Of a DNA stretch of 64,000 nucleotides, positions 14,461-27,917 are shown piece after piece (position 1 is the first letter of the stretch; each line of letters starts with the position of its first letter). The translations under genes and the position numbers were made by a program. Source of the DNA: Eledone cirrhosa (taxonomy: Eukaryota); assembly GCA_964016885.1 (NCBI GenBank), contig OZ024740.1:403620001-403684000 (forward strand), given 5' to 3'. The notes beneath the pieces are model-generated. The model saw only the letters and a program-made list of their open reading frames with translations, was not told the origin of the DNA and ran no database searches.

Positions 14461-16944
14461 GTAATTTAATCAATTTTCTTTTTCTTTTCATGCTCATAAT
14501 CTCTCTTCCATTAACTAAATCTTTTTTTTTCTGAACTAAGAAATGTAAATTCAGTTTTGTCAGGGATCCATAACAATTGCACAACAAAATGATGATACAT
14601 AATATATGTTGTTTTCTTTTTAATTGATCAAGGTTTGGGTAAATTGACTATAGAAACTTTCTTTATGACTTAACAGAAACGTGTAAATGGGTTTATTAGC
14701 TATACATAATGGCTGCATGTAAATGTATCAAGTATTTTGTGATGATATTTTAGCAGTTTTAGTAGATTAAGATTATTGGATTAGAAGAAAAGACATATAA
14801 ACCTCTGAAATCGACTATTTTATTAGGATTTTGGGAAAGAACCATCTCATTTATAAATGTTAATCGTGTGGGTACTATAGAATCGTCTTAACGTCCCGGT
14901 GAGCTGATTTCAAGACGAGTTTTCTAATTCAGTTTGCAACCCTTATCTGCTCCCATAACTGTCTAGTGACGTTATGATATATCTACTGCTCTACCAACAA
15001 CGATAAAAACAGCTAGCATAACAATTTTAAACCATCAGTTGTAGCAGCTTGGGAACATGGCCACACATTGAAAAAGTTGTATAGAGGTGATTGAAATCGA
15101 AATCTGATAAGAAATGATAAGAAGTAAACAATGCGGAATTTTACAATTTCTTTTATTTCATCCAAAGAAGAAAGCTATTGACAATTACATATGTAAGCAA
15201 GCCCAGAATGATGAGATCGATATGTTTGATATCATACAATGCGGACATAATCGAGTCAAAAGCGCAAATTCAGTCATTAGCACACTGTTTCTAGTCTTTA
15301 ACTCGACACATCTGAAGCATTTATATGTCATTTAGCACAATCTCTGATTAACTATACTGTGTATACCACTTCAGCAATATATGTGTGATGAGATTAGTAT
15401 TTTTAAACAAATGCTGAATTCCTTATTTACTAGAAGTTCGTCGAGGTGATGAAGCTGGTAGAGCGTTAATTCATACTGCAACTGATATTGCAACTGTATA
15501 CCACTTTAAGAGATCTCTGAAAGTATGTTGAACATCCGTCAGTTCCGATGATGAGTGTTCCAATTGATGTGAGTAACGGAACATAAGTTCGTGAAATTAA
15601 AGTGGAAGTTGTTGAGCATTCTACCGACAAGTATATCAGTAAGGTAAATCTCAGAGAGGTTCAGCGTGATACAGTATATAACAAGGCTGGTCCTTTGAAT
15701 TACAGTTACAACTCATTTTTGCCAGCTGAGTGAACTGAAGCGACATGAAATCAAGTGTCTTGCTCAAGGACACGACACACCATCGCGAATCAAATTCACG
15801 ACCTTCCGATCGTGAGCAGAACGAAGACCCTAAACACTGCGCCATGCCCCCTCACTGAGAATATAATTGATAGAGTACCAGGCGACCGGTGGATAGATAT
15901 GTCTCTAGCACTGCATTGTGTTCGTATCCAAAAGAATTAACTTTAAAGTAGTTCAGTTGAGCGAGAGCAATTAATGTGCTTCAATCTCATAAAATCATTG
16001 ACATTGTAGTTATTAACATACAATATATTTTCTTGTGGATGCAGCCAGAAAAACAAAAACAGGCAAAAACAAGAAATATATTGATTTCAATGTTTTTCAT
16101 TAACTGATGTGCTAGTTTTCACCATTGAAGTGAGGTGATTCTGGTATACGGTATTGAAGAGTTTTTATCATTCATACCAAGCTTAGTAATTATTTCAGTA
16201 TAATAGTTATTTTAACAAAAGCACACAACACTGTTAAAGTCACATTGCATTTATCATTTATTTCTTGCGTGAGTCCTTTATTTCTACGGACCAATCATTT
16301 ATTTATTGGTGTCTGTGGAACGGAAACAATTCTACTACGATTATATTTGAACTGTGGCATTGACCAGGTCGCAAAAAGTGCGACAAACATTTCGATATCA
16401 AGAGATGATAGATGCAAAGTGAATGTAACAGCTTTTGTACTTATTTTATGGATGTTTATTAACAAAATAACTAAGACTAAACATTCAGACTAAAAGAAAC
16501 CATTTCCTATTATTAAATGCGTATTTCTGTTCACGCTTAAGTTTTCTTCACCCGGGTAAAATATTTGTTACAATCCTGCACTGACTTGAGTTAAATAACA
16601 ACCAGCAATCTAATTTTTACACTTAACAATTTAGTTAATATTTGAGGTTTTTTTGTATAGAGTTTAGAATATCTTCTCTTCATATCATATTTAGGATGTA
16701 TCTTTACATTTACACTTCAATAGTCTCTGCCATCGATCTTTAACATGTGTGTTATTTTTTAATATATACAATGTAAGTTGTGTGTAAGTTATATAAATGT
16801 AAATATTTAAAACATACATTTCGGGTTAGGTTAAGGGCCTTTCCTTTCACATATGTCTAAAAAAACGAACGCTGATATAAACATGGATAGAAATTCACAT
16901 TCAAGCTTGGTTTCATTTTTCTTTTTGTTTGTCTCCGATTCCAG

Positions 16945-16977
16945 GTGAGATTTTTTGAATGCAATCCAGACCCATAG
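16945..16977 (+). CDS. Terminal coding exon VRFFECNPDP*
   Basis: Long pyrimidine tract then ttccag|gtg. Completes the F-x-G-x-I-D-x-V-x-(I/F)-x-x-C end of a LamG domain. TAG stop. Confidence 0.8.
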   Translation: MRFFECNPDP

Positions 16978-17845
16978 GATAATATCCAGCATTGTACTTT
17001 AGAACAAAAAACAACAAACAACGGACTTGAACGAACATTACAACCAAATTTTATTACAATTTTTATAATAGGAAAATAATGTCTCAGCCTAACAACTTCC
17101 TCATCCAATGAAGTTGGTGTGAAATGGTTCAACGTCGTGATAAATATATTTTTGCTTCACTAAAACATTTAAATTCCGAAATACATTTTACTTTTGTGAA
17201 AAAAAAATTTAACTGCATTCTTTTTGTATATTCTATAATAAAGTGTCACGAATATTACTTTTAAAATTATCTTTCTTTGATTTTGTGTTTTAAACAAGAA
17301 TGACTTTTTATAGAGATGTATGTTATATGGTGTACCTCCATCGGTTTCGAAGACGAGTGTTCTAGTTCTTTGGCTAACGAAACAGCCTGCTAATGAAATT
17401 AACATGTACGTGGTTGAGCATTCCATCGACAAGTCCCTTCTTAACGTAGTTCTCCAAAAAATGCAGCGTAACACAGTGTGCGACAAGGCTGACCCTTCTA
17501 ATTAGAGGTACAACTCATTTTTGCAGTAGACTGGAGGAAACTGAAATAAAGATTCTTGCTCAAGGACGTACCACAATCAGTATCAGACTGTTACTGCAGT
17601 CGAATATTCTCGGCGTCTCTGGAAGAAATATCACTGTTATCTATTTTGAAGAGGGCTGGGATTTGCAAAGTTTAAATACCCAAAATATGCTGTCTTTCAT
17701 TTTGACTTCATTCGGAGTTTACGTATATATATATATACTTGAGGGCGACCGGCAAAGGTGGAAGATGCTGGATGGCGGTCGTCCTCCGGTCTTTGATTTT
17801 CAGCCCCATGGATTTTATCTATTACATTCATTTATTATATTTCGA

Positions 17846-17903
17846 ATACCTGATGATATCACCGGATTCATACGGAACCCGGTCATTGAAATGATCATAG
17901 TAT
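17846..17903 (+). ncRNA. Penelope-type hammerhead ribozyme candidate
   Basis: atac-CTGATGA-t-atcaccgg...ccggtcat-t-GAAA-tgatca-TA-gtat, with palindromic stem III ATGATCAT. Confidence 0.75.
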
Positions 17904-17967
17904 AATAAACCTTTCAAGGATTTACACAAGTCCAGCCTCCTGCCATTTCATTATAATATATATATAT

Positions 17968-20070
17968 ATTAATAAAAGGAATTCCAACTTTGTCTGATTT
18001 ACTCGTTTTATTTACAATCGTTTAAAATTTATAATGGTATTAGAACGAAATAGTATGGTAGAATATTAATGTTAAGTGTTAATTGAACAAGTACTTTCAT
18101 GCTTTCGCAATCTTCAGGTTCATATTGTGTAGTGACAGTCAAGTTTGCAATTTTCAACTGTAATGAGATGGGTAAATTTTGTGCCTTATATACAGTGAAA
18201 AGTGGCTCCAGAATGCTAAATCTTGCAAACTGTATTTCGACCAATCGGTGTGTAGTTTCACTGATTTACTAATGCTGATTGGTTTAGGCGTCACGGTTGG
18301 TTGAGCATGTCTAACGAATACTAATTGATCCTATCCAAAACATCAATTGTTTTGCTATTTTTAGAAATGATAAAAATAGCATTTTCTAGTAATCATCACC
18401 ATCAACATCACTTTTATTATCATTATTATTGTTGTTGTTGTTAGTGGTCGTAGTCGACATGGTCGTAGTCATAGTCATAGTAGGAGTAATCCCCCAGTAT
18501 TATTGTTCATTTAGCTTGGGTTTGAATTTATCAATAAAATTCTTTTCTTTGATTTTTCTCTTGATTTCACTTGGGCTGTGTAATTTGTAGAATGGGAATA
18601 TTATAAATATTCCCTGACTACATGTTGCTAGATGGTTAATTAGGGGTATCTGACGGACATTTGGGTCTCTGATTTGCTGTCGATGTACCCGCGCACGTTC
18701 CGATATTGCATTTCCAGTTTGACCGACATATAGTTCTTCACAATTCGGGCATTTAATGCAGTAAATTAGATTTCTGCTTTTGCAGTTCATATTTGCATTT
18801 GGGAATATTTTTCCAGTTTTTGTTTTCATATATTGACCGGCGTGTATGGATTGACATGTGCCACATCGACTATCATTGCATTTAGATACAGTGAATGATT
18901 GGTCTTTGTTGTTAAGGTCAAACTTTGCTTTTGTTAGTAATTGCTTCAAATTTTTCGGCTGTCTTTTACTAAGAGTCAAAGATCGATCTGTGATTAAGCC
19001 TTTTAATTCATTACTTTGAGCAATGATCGCTAGGTTTACTTTGGTAGTGTTGAAGATATTCTGGTGACATGGGTTGTGTGTCATTATAAATGGTATGACC
19101 AGTTCTTGGTTTCTTCTTCCTTGGGTTGTCCTAAGTTGTTGTATAGGTATTTTTATAGCCCGCTGTATGCCATTTTCTATAAGTAGAGATGGGTATTTTT
19201 GTTTTTGAGCAAAAATTCTCTTAGTTCTGTAAGGCGTTTGTACCTGGTATTCGTATCTTCTACAATGGTACAAATTCTTCTGGCTAGGCAGTATGGGACG
19301 TTGCGTTTTGTATGAGGTGGATGACACGATTTAAAATTCAGATATTGATGGGTGTCTGTGTGTTTATAATATATATCCGTGGTAATGGTGGTGTTGTTTT
19401 TTATTATCATTATATCTAGGAATGGTAATTTGGTCCTACTCATCTCTTTTGTGAATTGGAGAGATGGGTGTAGGTTATTCAGGAGGATATTGAACTCATC
19501 CAGAGTATCTAGAGATTCTGTCCAGATGATGAAACAGTCGTCAAGGTATCTCTTCCAAGATTTTTCAATGTACTTTCTAAAGTCAGTACTATATTTTTCC
19601 TCTATTTCTTGGTAGAGTTGCTGTTCTAAGTATCCCATTACAGAGTTCGCGTAAACGGGAGCAAACTTCGTTCCCATCGCTGTGCCTCTAATTTGGATGT
19701 AATTCTTTCCATTGAAGAAGAATGTGTTGTTTTCCAGAATAAGTTTAACTGCGTCTAATATAAATGGCGCTGTGAATCTGATGGGAATCACTTCTCTATG
19801 TTTTTCCACCCAGTATTTAACCGCCTTTATTCCTAAATCATGTGTAATGTTGGTGTAAAGGCTTACCACATCAAAACTAAGTAGAAGTGAATTCGTTTCC
19901 GTGGTTTTGGGAAGATGGGACAGGAAGTCGATATCATCCTGGATGAAACAGGGTATGTGAATACATAGTGGTTTCAAAATAATGTCAACAAAATTGCTTA
20001 GACGGTGGGTGGGGCATGTTGGACCAGCTATAATAGGTCTAAGTTTTAAGTCTTTTGGGTGTAGTAATTC
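17968..20070 (-). mobile_element. 5'-truncated Penelope-like element: RT + GIY-YIG endonuclease (one frameshift near 19190) and 3' pseudo-LTR
   Basis: RT motifs LRPIIAGP...SFDVVSLYTNI...GTAMGTKFAP...RYLDD...LPFLD...SCHP. Linker CxxxxCxxC. Endonuclease motif LIYCIKC...LYVGQT...R...H. Downstream CCAAT boxes, tatataa and a hammerhead. Confidence 0.92.
18084..18122 (-). ncRNA. Minimal hammerhead ribozyme in the Penelope pLTR
   Basis: tgaac-CTGAAGA-t-tgc(gaaa)gca-t-GAAA-gtac-TT-gttca, with palindromic AGTACT stem III. Confidence 0.88.
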
Positions 20071-21569
20071 AAAAGATGCAATATGTTCTCTTCGTAGGCG
20101 ATATGTTCTCTTCGTAGGCGGGAGGTTAAGGTACTTTACTTTTGATAAATAACCAGTTTGCCGTGAAACTTATAAAGACAATTTGTTATGTGTTTTTTTT
20201 CTCTTATAGTAAGACTTATGATTTAAAACTATATTTACTCGTATTTACAAACGTACACATACACACAAATACATATTTATCAATAGCACAGGTTTAGCGA
20301 ACTAGTCAGCAAACTGTGTTAAAGACAGTTTTATCTACAGCACGAATATTGGTGATGTAATAAAAAAAAAAACAATAGAAACATGAACAACCCTAGGGGA
20401 GACAACTCTAACTGCCGAAGTAAAGAATATATTCTTGAAAGAATGTTTGTCCTAAATCATAATACATCAAGGTGATATAACAAGCAGCACTAACGAGTAG
20501 ACTTTTAGATGATTGCTCGATTTGTTAAAAATCGCAACTAAATCTTCATATCGCATTATGCCATCATAAAAACGGGATGGCATATATTAAGAGATATAGC
20601 TCCCCCCCCCCCCAACCGAAAGCTGATATCGTAAGAGCTTGAATGTCTTTTACCATTTGTCTGTACAATCAGGGTCGACCGGGAGTTAAAAATGAACACC
20701 AGTCAACGATAAAATTGGATCATGCCTTAGCAAATACGAGAGTAAATGTAAGATCCGACACTCGAGCCACACGTCTATCTTCAGAAACAAAGAAAGAAGG
20801 AATGCCTCGAATGAATCTTGCAACTAAAAGAAAGCAGCGTCGGAAATTTCAGAACGAAATCAATCCTCAATTAATGAAGTTGGAACATCCTGGTTTGATA
20901 ATTAGAGATCGATATAGATTAAGTATTAAACTTAGATAAGTACTAGCGTCGATTGAAAAGCCCCTTGAATGTAGGACTTCAGCAAGCTCGCAATCCAGAG
21001 ATAGAAACCTTTAAATAGAAATACATTTAGATATAAAAATATAAAGCATTTGAGATACATCCCTTAAGTTGAGCATTTCTACACATTTATATAAATGAAA
21101 GCGGACCCAAATGAAAAGGAGTATAAATGTGATTTTTATGAATAATCACTTAAAGAATATGATAGGAGTTTTTTTTTGGGGGGGGGGGGGGGGGCGTATA
21201 TATTTTGTGACTGGTTACATTTTAAGATTATGTATATTAGATTGTATGATTTGTAACACTTCTTGCACAAATAATCATTGGAGCAATTACTTAGTGTAGA
21301 CATGGAAACCAAATACACAAAATACTTACTTACATGTAAATCATTGCACCATGAATTCCTTATCTATAAATTCGGAATTCCAGTGCGGATGTGCTAAGAA
21401 AATGCACAGAGAAACACAAAGGAAAACTAGTGATATTTACTAAAAGAAAGTTCATTAAAAAGTTAATAAGAGCTTATATTTTTTGAGGACTCGGACACAG
21501 TTATTTTAAAACAAATCATTTTTCCTTTAGCTTGCTTCTGATTTTTAAAAAATTAAGCTGAATTTTATA

Positions 21570-21761
21570 ATTGTTTCTACTTTTGGCACAAGGCCAGCAA
21601 TTATCCCCGTGCATTACTGATACTTTATTTTATCGAACCTCGTAAGGATGAAGGACAAAGTTAACCTCAGCGGGATTTGAACTCAGACTGTAAAGGGACG
21701 TAACTCTATGATACAAAGCATGGTGACCGGCCCTCTAGCGATACTGCCAATTCACCGCCCT
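21570..21761 (-). mobile_element. tRNA-SINE main family, TSD tgaattttataat
   Basis: Reverse complement of the 10348-10540 family, with a flanking direct repeat. Confidence 0.9.
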
Positions 21762-22349
21762 TGAATTTTATAATGGTGAGATATTATTTTAAAATCAAAT
21801 TTTAAAATATATAATATTTCATGAAACTAAAACTCGAATATTGTTTTAATGGTTCACAGAAGTCAAACAATTCATTAATTATTAGCCTTTGATGGAAAAG
21901 AAAAAAAAAACGCTTAAAATGTTTTATGAGGATTTTATTTAATATATCACTCTTTCCAATTCTGGTTTCTTCCCATTGCCATTTCTGCCATTAATCCATA
22001 AAGCAATTCTCGCCTTAAAAATGAAATAGTAAGAAAATAAGACATGTATTCTTTATATATTTTCTTTGGCCTTGAACCTTTAAATGTAAAAATACAGAAA
22101 ATAAAATGTGTGACTGGATACGAAATAAGAATAAGAAAATATTTGTATGTTTAGAAGCTTTATATATATTTCTTTCTAGTAACTGATTGAATCGTTGGGA
22201 TACAAATTGTGACTTCGTTTTATAAAATGGTTCTCAATCGTCTTTTCTGGATCTTTAACACTATCGAAGGAGCGGATCTGAGCGCTACAAGAGCGCCCAA
22301 AAGAGATAGCCCTCTTTCCATTAGAAGGAGGTAAATCTGATATCACGTG

Positions 22350-22650
22350 CTGTGACACGTTCTCCATCTCCAACGCTCACAAACCCGGGCACCTCCACCC
22401 ACAATACAGAGGAGATGAAGACAACCAAATACCGGGGCTTCACCGATCGCTTCCTTTTCATGGCAGTCGCAGTCGAAACCTCAGGTGTCCTCGATCTCCC
22501 AACTACTGTTTTCCTCCGCAAAATCCAAGGCAACAACCCGCTGTGGATGGAGGCCCATGAGGTAGGATAGCTTTTGCAGCGGGTGTCGCTAGCCATTCTA
22601 TGCGGCAACGTCTTTACCATTTTGTCCACGGGCGCAGCAGAAACATATCG
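22350..22650 (+). mobile_element. CRE-clade LINE 3' (restriction-like endonuclease) fragment
   Basis: KYRGFTDRFLFMAVAVETSGVL...LLQRVSLAILCGN is homologous to 42033-42494. Confidence 0.75.
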
Positions 22651-23059
22651 CTCAGATAACGTGTCGCCCCCTCTTTTCTTTCGTTGCTTAATTTCTTTCT
22701 ACTTTTTCTAGTTCTTTTTCACTTACTTATTGCCATTTATATTATTTCTATATCTTGTATAATAGAAGCTCACTGAATGTTTTATGTTGATAGGAGAAAA
22801 CAGTTTAGTCTAGGCTGACTAGGCTGACTAGAAAAAGTTACACATAAAAGGTTTTAATTTCCCAAGGAAGCTGTTTGTTTTATAGATATGTTTTTTATAT
22901 AGTTGTTGTTGTTATTGTTGATGTTTAACTTGACAACAACCTGAATCATTAAATATTCATCAACGATATTCTTTCAGTGAGTAACTAACTATAAAATAAG
23001 AAAAACACTACAAATATTTAAAAACAGAAAAGAAAGGGAAAAGCAAGGGCTCTAGGACC

Positions 23060-23750
23060 ACAGAAATATGGGAGGAGGAAGGGGAGGGTGATGGGCTCTA
23101 GGCCTAGCGCGCTGCAATGTTGGGGTTGCGCCCCGCGAACAAGACGAACAAGACCGCAAAAGCATTTCCGCGGACAATGGCCAGCGACACCCACTGATAC
23201 AACCACCCCATCTGGTGGGGTTCCTTCCTCATACGGGCTGCTGACGTTTTGATCTTGCGGGATCCTGCGCTCAAACGGCAAGACAGTGGGTGTAAGTATT
23301 AATGTGGCGCACACAGGCGGAGACCCAGGCGTTGGACCTCTGCAATGCGAGTGCACTCGTCATCAAGAAAGTACCTGTTGATGAGGAGGGCACCCAATTG
23401 AGCCACGGACCGTTGTTTAACTGTGAAGAGAAGCAGATGGAGGCGAGGTAATGTTGGTCCATGCCAGACCCGATCCGCCTGAAGGAAGACCCGCATTTGA
23501 TGTCCTCCCAGTTACGTTGGACATTTGTATACTGGGAAACAGAGAGGCCTTCGCCTGTCCAGTTGGCCAGAGCCTGCCCGTGCTCTGGGGCTACGTCAGG
23601 TTCGGTTGTCTTGCTGAGGACCTTACTGACAAGAGCACGACTGAAGGAGATTGAGAAAAGGTAGGCCGGTAGAGCCAGATCCGGAGCCAATCGGAGGCCG
23701 AAGCCACCGAACCTCGTTGAGAGCTTCGCCAGTTGCCAGCCGGCGCTGTC
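23060..23750 (-). mobile_element. Degenerate CRE-clade LINE fragment (thumb to RLE)
   Basis: GC-rich island. DLALPAYLFS, GPWLNWVPSSSTGTFL and terminal ...SVGVAG-like peptides in shifting frames. Confidence 0.65.
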
Positions 23751-23983
23751 GAAATTGACATTGCAGAGGAGTTCTGCACTGCGTCGAATAGTGGCGTCGA
23801 GTTTACCAGTAATATTTGCATGGGAGTGGCAAGGTGCACAACTACCACCACCACCACCACTATCAGCAATCGTATTCTGTACTTATCTCTTGCTTATCTT
23901 TTACATCTTTATCCTTTTCATTCTCCGATGTATCAATAAATACCAATGCCATGATAAATACCAATGACATGTGTTACACCCTC

Positions 23984-24098
23984 CAGTATTCCGATGATTT
24001 GATCAGAGACACACACTGTATTTAAGGTCGAGTGACGTAACTTCGAGTGATTAGCGGCCTCTACACTCACTTGATCAATGAAACAATTGTTAATACTG
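23984..24098 (+). ncRNA. Degenerate hammerhead with long stem II (core U4>C)
   Basis: cagtatt-CCGATGA-t-ttgatca...tgatcaa-t-GAAA-caattg-TT-aatactg, 7-bp stem I. Confidence 0.65.
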
Positions 24099-24488
24099 TA
24101 AATAAAACCCTTTTTGTACAGCCGACCATTTTATTCTTCCCTCTTTCACTACTATATATATATATATATATATATAGTGGTAGAACCCTGGAAGGTAATA
24201 TCATAATCTCTTATGCAATAGTGATTGCCTAAACACGAGAAATGAATTTTTCACACGTTGTCCACACGTCTCGAAACACCTATTGCATAACTACAAGGCT
24301 CCGGATTGAATGAATTATTGTAACAACATCAATATTTTTTCTTATCAACTAAAAACTTTTCGGACTTTCGCAGTTATCTCCCTTACACCTCTCGCACGCA
24401 TTTTAGTATTGCCTGTGTGAAGTGACGGGTTTCTGCGCATGTGCGTTCGTACGGTTGTCCTTCCTGTTCCGTATAACCATGCCCATTA

Positions 24489-24526
24489 CGAGCTGAGGAT
24501 CCGCTAACGTGAAACAATTGTTCTCG
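24489..24526 (+). ncRNA. Minimal hammerhead candidate
   Basis: cgag-CTGAGGA-tccgctaacgt-GAAA-caattg-TT-ctcg. Stem II is weak. Confidence 0.7.
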
Positions 24527-24669
24527 GTATGGTGAACTAACTGCTGTGTAATCACTTCTATATATATATATATATTAAAGTTTCCGTTGAAAATTGAAAA
24601 AGTCATAGGAGTGAAGAGTGCTCTATGTAAGTACCAGAGCTAAATATATATATATATATATACCTGGGG

Positions 24670-25770
24670 AGGGTGAGCCACAATGAGACGCAACCTCTCT
24701 GCCATTCGGGACAAGTCTGCGTGCTTGGTCTCGAAGCACTCTCTTATGCTTATGGCTTTCGAGAGAATTGGAGAGCCGGCGTCTTTGGGCGTTAGCCGAG
24801 TCTGGGACAAGACGGTGTCGTCGAATTCGGACTCTCTGTAGCTAACGTTTATCCCCTCGCATTTGGATGGGTCGATCTCGAGTCCAAGGAGCTTGAGAGC
24901 TGGGATGATTTGCTGAAGGTCCTCAACTACTGTGTCAGCCGAGCCAACCAGGGTCGGGTCGTCCAGGTACTAAACGTTGAGGGGAGAACGGACCGAGCAG
25001 GCAAGGTCGTTGACTGCCAACGCAAAGAGGAGCGGGCCGAGTGGGTCTCCTTGCTGGATACCCGTGGCTGAAGCAACCATATTGTCAGAGCCTATGAGTA
25101 AGCTGGGTCTTCTGTACGAGGGGTGAGAGAGAGGGTAAATGAAGGGGGCTCGTCTGAGACACGTCTCTAGAACGTGATCCCGCTTAACACTGTTGAAGGC
25201 GTTTGCCATATCCAACCCCAGAAGGACGTGGGGTGACGAAGGAGGCGCGTGCTCTACGAAATGTCTGGCTGCATGAGCACTTGATTCCACTCCAAGCTGG
25301 ACAGGGATTAGCTCTTCACTCAGGTCGTGTTTTATTGACTTGCAAGCTATCTTGGGTGCAAGTCGTCGGAAGACGTTGCCCACCATGTTGGGCAGACGCC
25401 TCCGTCATTCTTCCTCAGAGTGGTCAAACTGGTTGACAAGAAAATATCACGGGCATAGCCGGGCAAATTATCCGGATGTTTATGACGAAGCGCGGATAAA
25501 ATATCCGGTGTGGGCCGGGATACAGTGTCGCTAGAGGTCAGCACACTTACCAACGTCGAAACGCTGCTCTCAATTAGTTTGAGGTTGACTCTGTCCTGGA
25601 GATGTTTCTTACTGTCGGAAGTGGACCGCGGGTGATGTGCCAGAACTGGTGGCAAGCATGAGAGGACCGAGAGACGCGCAGAAGGGTCGCAGAAAGAAGC
25701 GATATTGCCCTTGAGCCTTGAAGTCAGGGAAGGGCCCGATCTCTCTCTCACCGTCGAGTTCCCTACCAAA
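24670..25770 (-). mobile_element. CRE-clade LINE reverse transcriptase fragment (frameshifted)
   Basis: VGNVFRRL...QLGV...AAHAARHF...LDMANAFNSV...GIQQGDPLGPLLFAL...YLDD. Confidence 0.85.
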
Positions 25771-27576
25771 AGGATCTCGACGGTGAGAGAGAGAGAGAGA
25801 GAGAGAGCCCCTCCCAGACTTCGAGGCTCAAAAGCAATATTGCTTCTTCCTGCAACTCTTTGGGGGTTCTGGTGATGACTCTCCGCTACTGCCTGAACCG
25901 GGAGATCACCACCAGAACTTCGTCCGAGTCAAGCATAATCGGCTTCTAGTTTATCCGGGCGCCTGTCACAGCCTGTAACCTCGATGTGGATAAGCATGAC
26001 GGGCAGTGCTACCGGTGCAGGTATTCTGGCGCACGCCGGGCTTGTTTGACGCAAGACAGGTAGATAAAACTGTTACAGTTGGAGCAGTTCCTTCCTTTCT
26101 TGCGCCTGTTGTTTGTGGTGTGCGGGTGGCACTGATCGACCTCCCGTGGGTGGGAGAGCTGAGGAGAAGCGGGAGTTTATAGGAATTAGTTTCATAGTAA
26201 CATAGTGTCACCTTTGTGTCGACTGAACTATTGAGCGTTACGTGAAGTACAATACAATAGTGGTGATGGGATATGAACCAGTACCAGATAGTTTCGCCAG
26301 TAACCGGAAACATGTCGATTTAGATCGTTGATTTTCTCTGACTTTAATATCTAATGTAAAAGCCTGCTGATTGACAGTAACTTTAGAATTTTTAAGTACT
26401 TAGTCCCTTCCTAAGTTCAAAGCACGGTAATTAGTATTGATTTCTTTGGATTGATAACAGGCTACATGTTTAGGAAAAATAGAAAGTAGTTTTGTCTGTT
26501 GTGCATTGATGGTATAGACGTCGTTAAACAGTTTCTGCTGAAGATCAAAGCAAGCTCTTGGAGATGACTGACCAGGAGATTACCCCATACACTAATATAC
26601 TCACCTTCCACGTATTAATTAACATTAAAAGTGTATCTATTTTGAAATTTTTCATAGTTAAGCAAATCGATTACTTAGATAGGCATAAGGCGACATATTG
26701 TAGTTGATTTATCGAGTGCATTACTCGACTTGTACTTATCTATTGACTTTAGAATTTAAAAGTAAAATGCAGGAACTAAATACAATAGACAGTGTATATG
26801 TCTCTCTACTGCCTCAACAGATTCAACCATTTTACACAGAGTTTAGAATTTAAAGACCATAAAGGTGTGCGACGAAACTTTGGTATAATAAACATCTCAA
26901 TTTTACTTTCACCTTTTAAGTTACTAGAAGCCGATAGAAAGAGTTTTGCGTGAGTCGAAAGAGAGAGAAAGGTAGAGAATTTTTGAAATTACACGTGACA
27001 AGTTTATTGCAAATGTGTGCGCATACCAAAGAGGATTACCAAATTAGAAAAATATAAGGAAAAGAATGTAACCCGACATTTGAAGTCAATAAAACTTAAT
27101 ATGAGATAATTAAACAGAAAAATTGCACTTTTTAAACCAATTAGTTTTATTCCGAATTATTTTCATTCCATCCTAGACATTTGAGTGAACGCAATGCTAC
27201 AATGAAACATTAAGGTAATGGATTTGAAGGAAGATTCATAGATTTCAATTTCAAATGTAAAAAGTTAACGTCCATTTCATCAAAGTCATACATTACCTCC
27301 TCTAAGGTATGACACACGTCAGTGCGATAATGATTTCTAAACTGGAAATTATTCCTGAAAATGTTCATTGTTTCAAATATTGAAATGCACCCACTTCTAA
27401 ATTTAAGTATGAACTACTTTATTCTACAATATGAACGAGACAAATTCTTATTTTTCTACCCGTTTTATACTCATATAAATAAATTTATTTTCATTCTGGT
27501 TCGGTTGCTCAACTACTAATTTGATTCAGGGGCGATTAAATCGCTGACTAATCTCTAAAATAGATTAACCAATAAT

Positions 27577-27763
27577 TGTTTCTACTATTGGCACAAGGCC
27601 AGCAATTACCCAGTACATTACTGGTACTTTATTTTATCGACCCCGTAAGGATGAAAGGCAAAGTTAACCTCGGCGGGATTTGAACTCAGAATTGCAAGGG
27701 CCGTAACTCTATGCGTCAAAGCATGGCGTCCGACCCTCTACCGATACTGCCAATTCACCGCCC
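27577..27763 (-). mobile_element. tRNA-SINE main family, 16-bp TSD tagattaaccaataat
   Basis: TSD at 27561-27576 and 27764-27779. Confidence 0.92.
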
Positions 27764-27917
27764 TAGATTAACCAATAATATTAGTAATTGTGTTTATAAG
27801 CATTGTGTTCGGGGTCGGGGGCAGTCAGTTAAATAGGGTACTTGGCCGCTGATGAAATTCCAAAACAGAAATGGAACTAGTCTGGTGCATCAGTCTTTTT
27901 CTGTGCGCGAAGAAACA

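Noticed and set aside
16245-16493. ORF containing LFIGVCG...CGIDQV as an alternative LamG exon
   Set aside because: No good splice sites. The 14381-14460 exon fits phase and motif much better.
18500-20070. Selenoprotein-type (UGA-recoded) Penelope ORF or programmed frameshift
   Set aside because: No in-frame TGA at Cys positions in the visible part. The break near 19190 is a simple indel in an A-rich run of a truncated copy.
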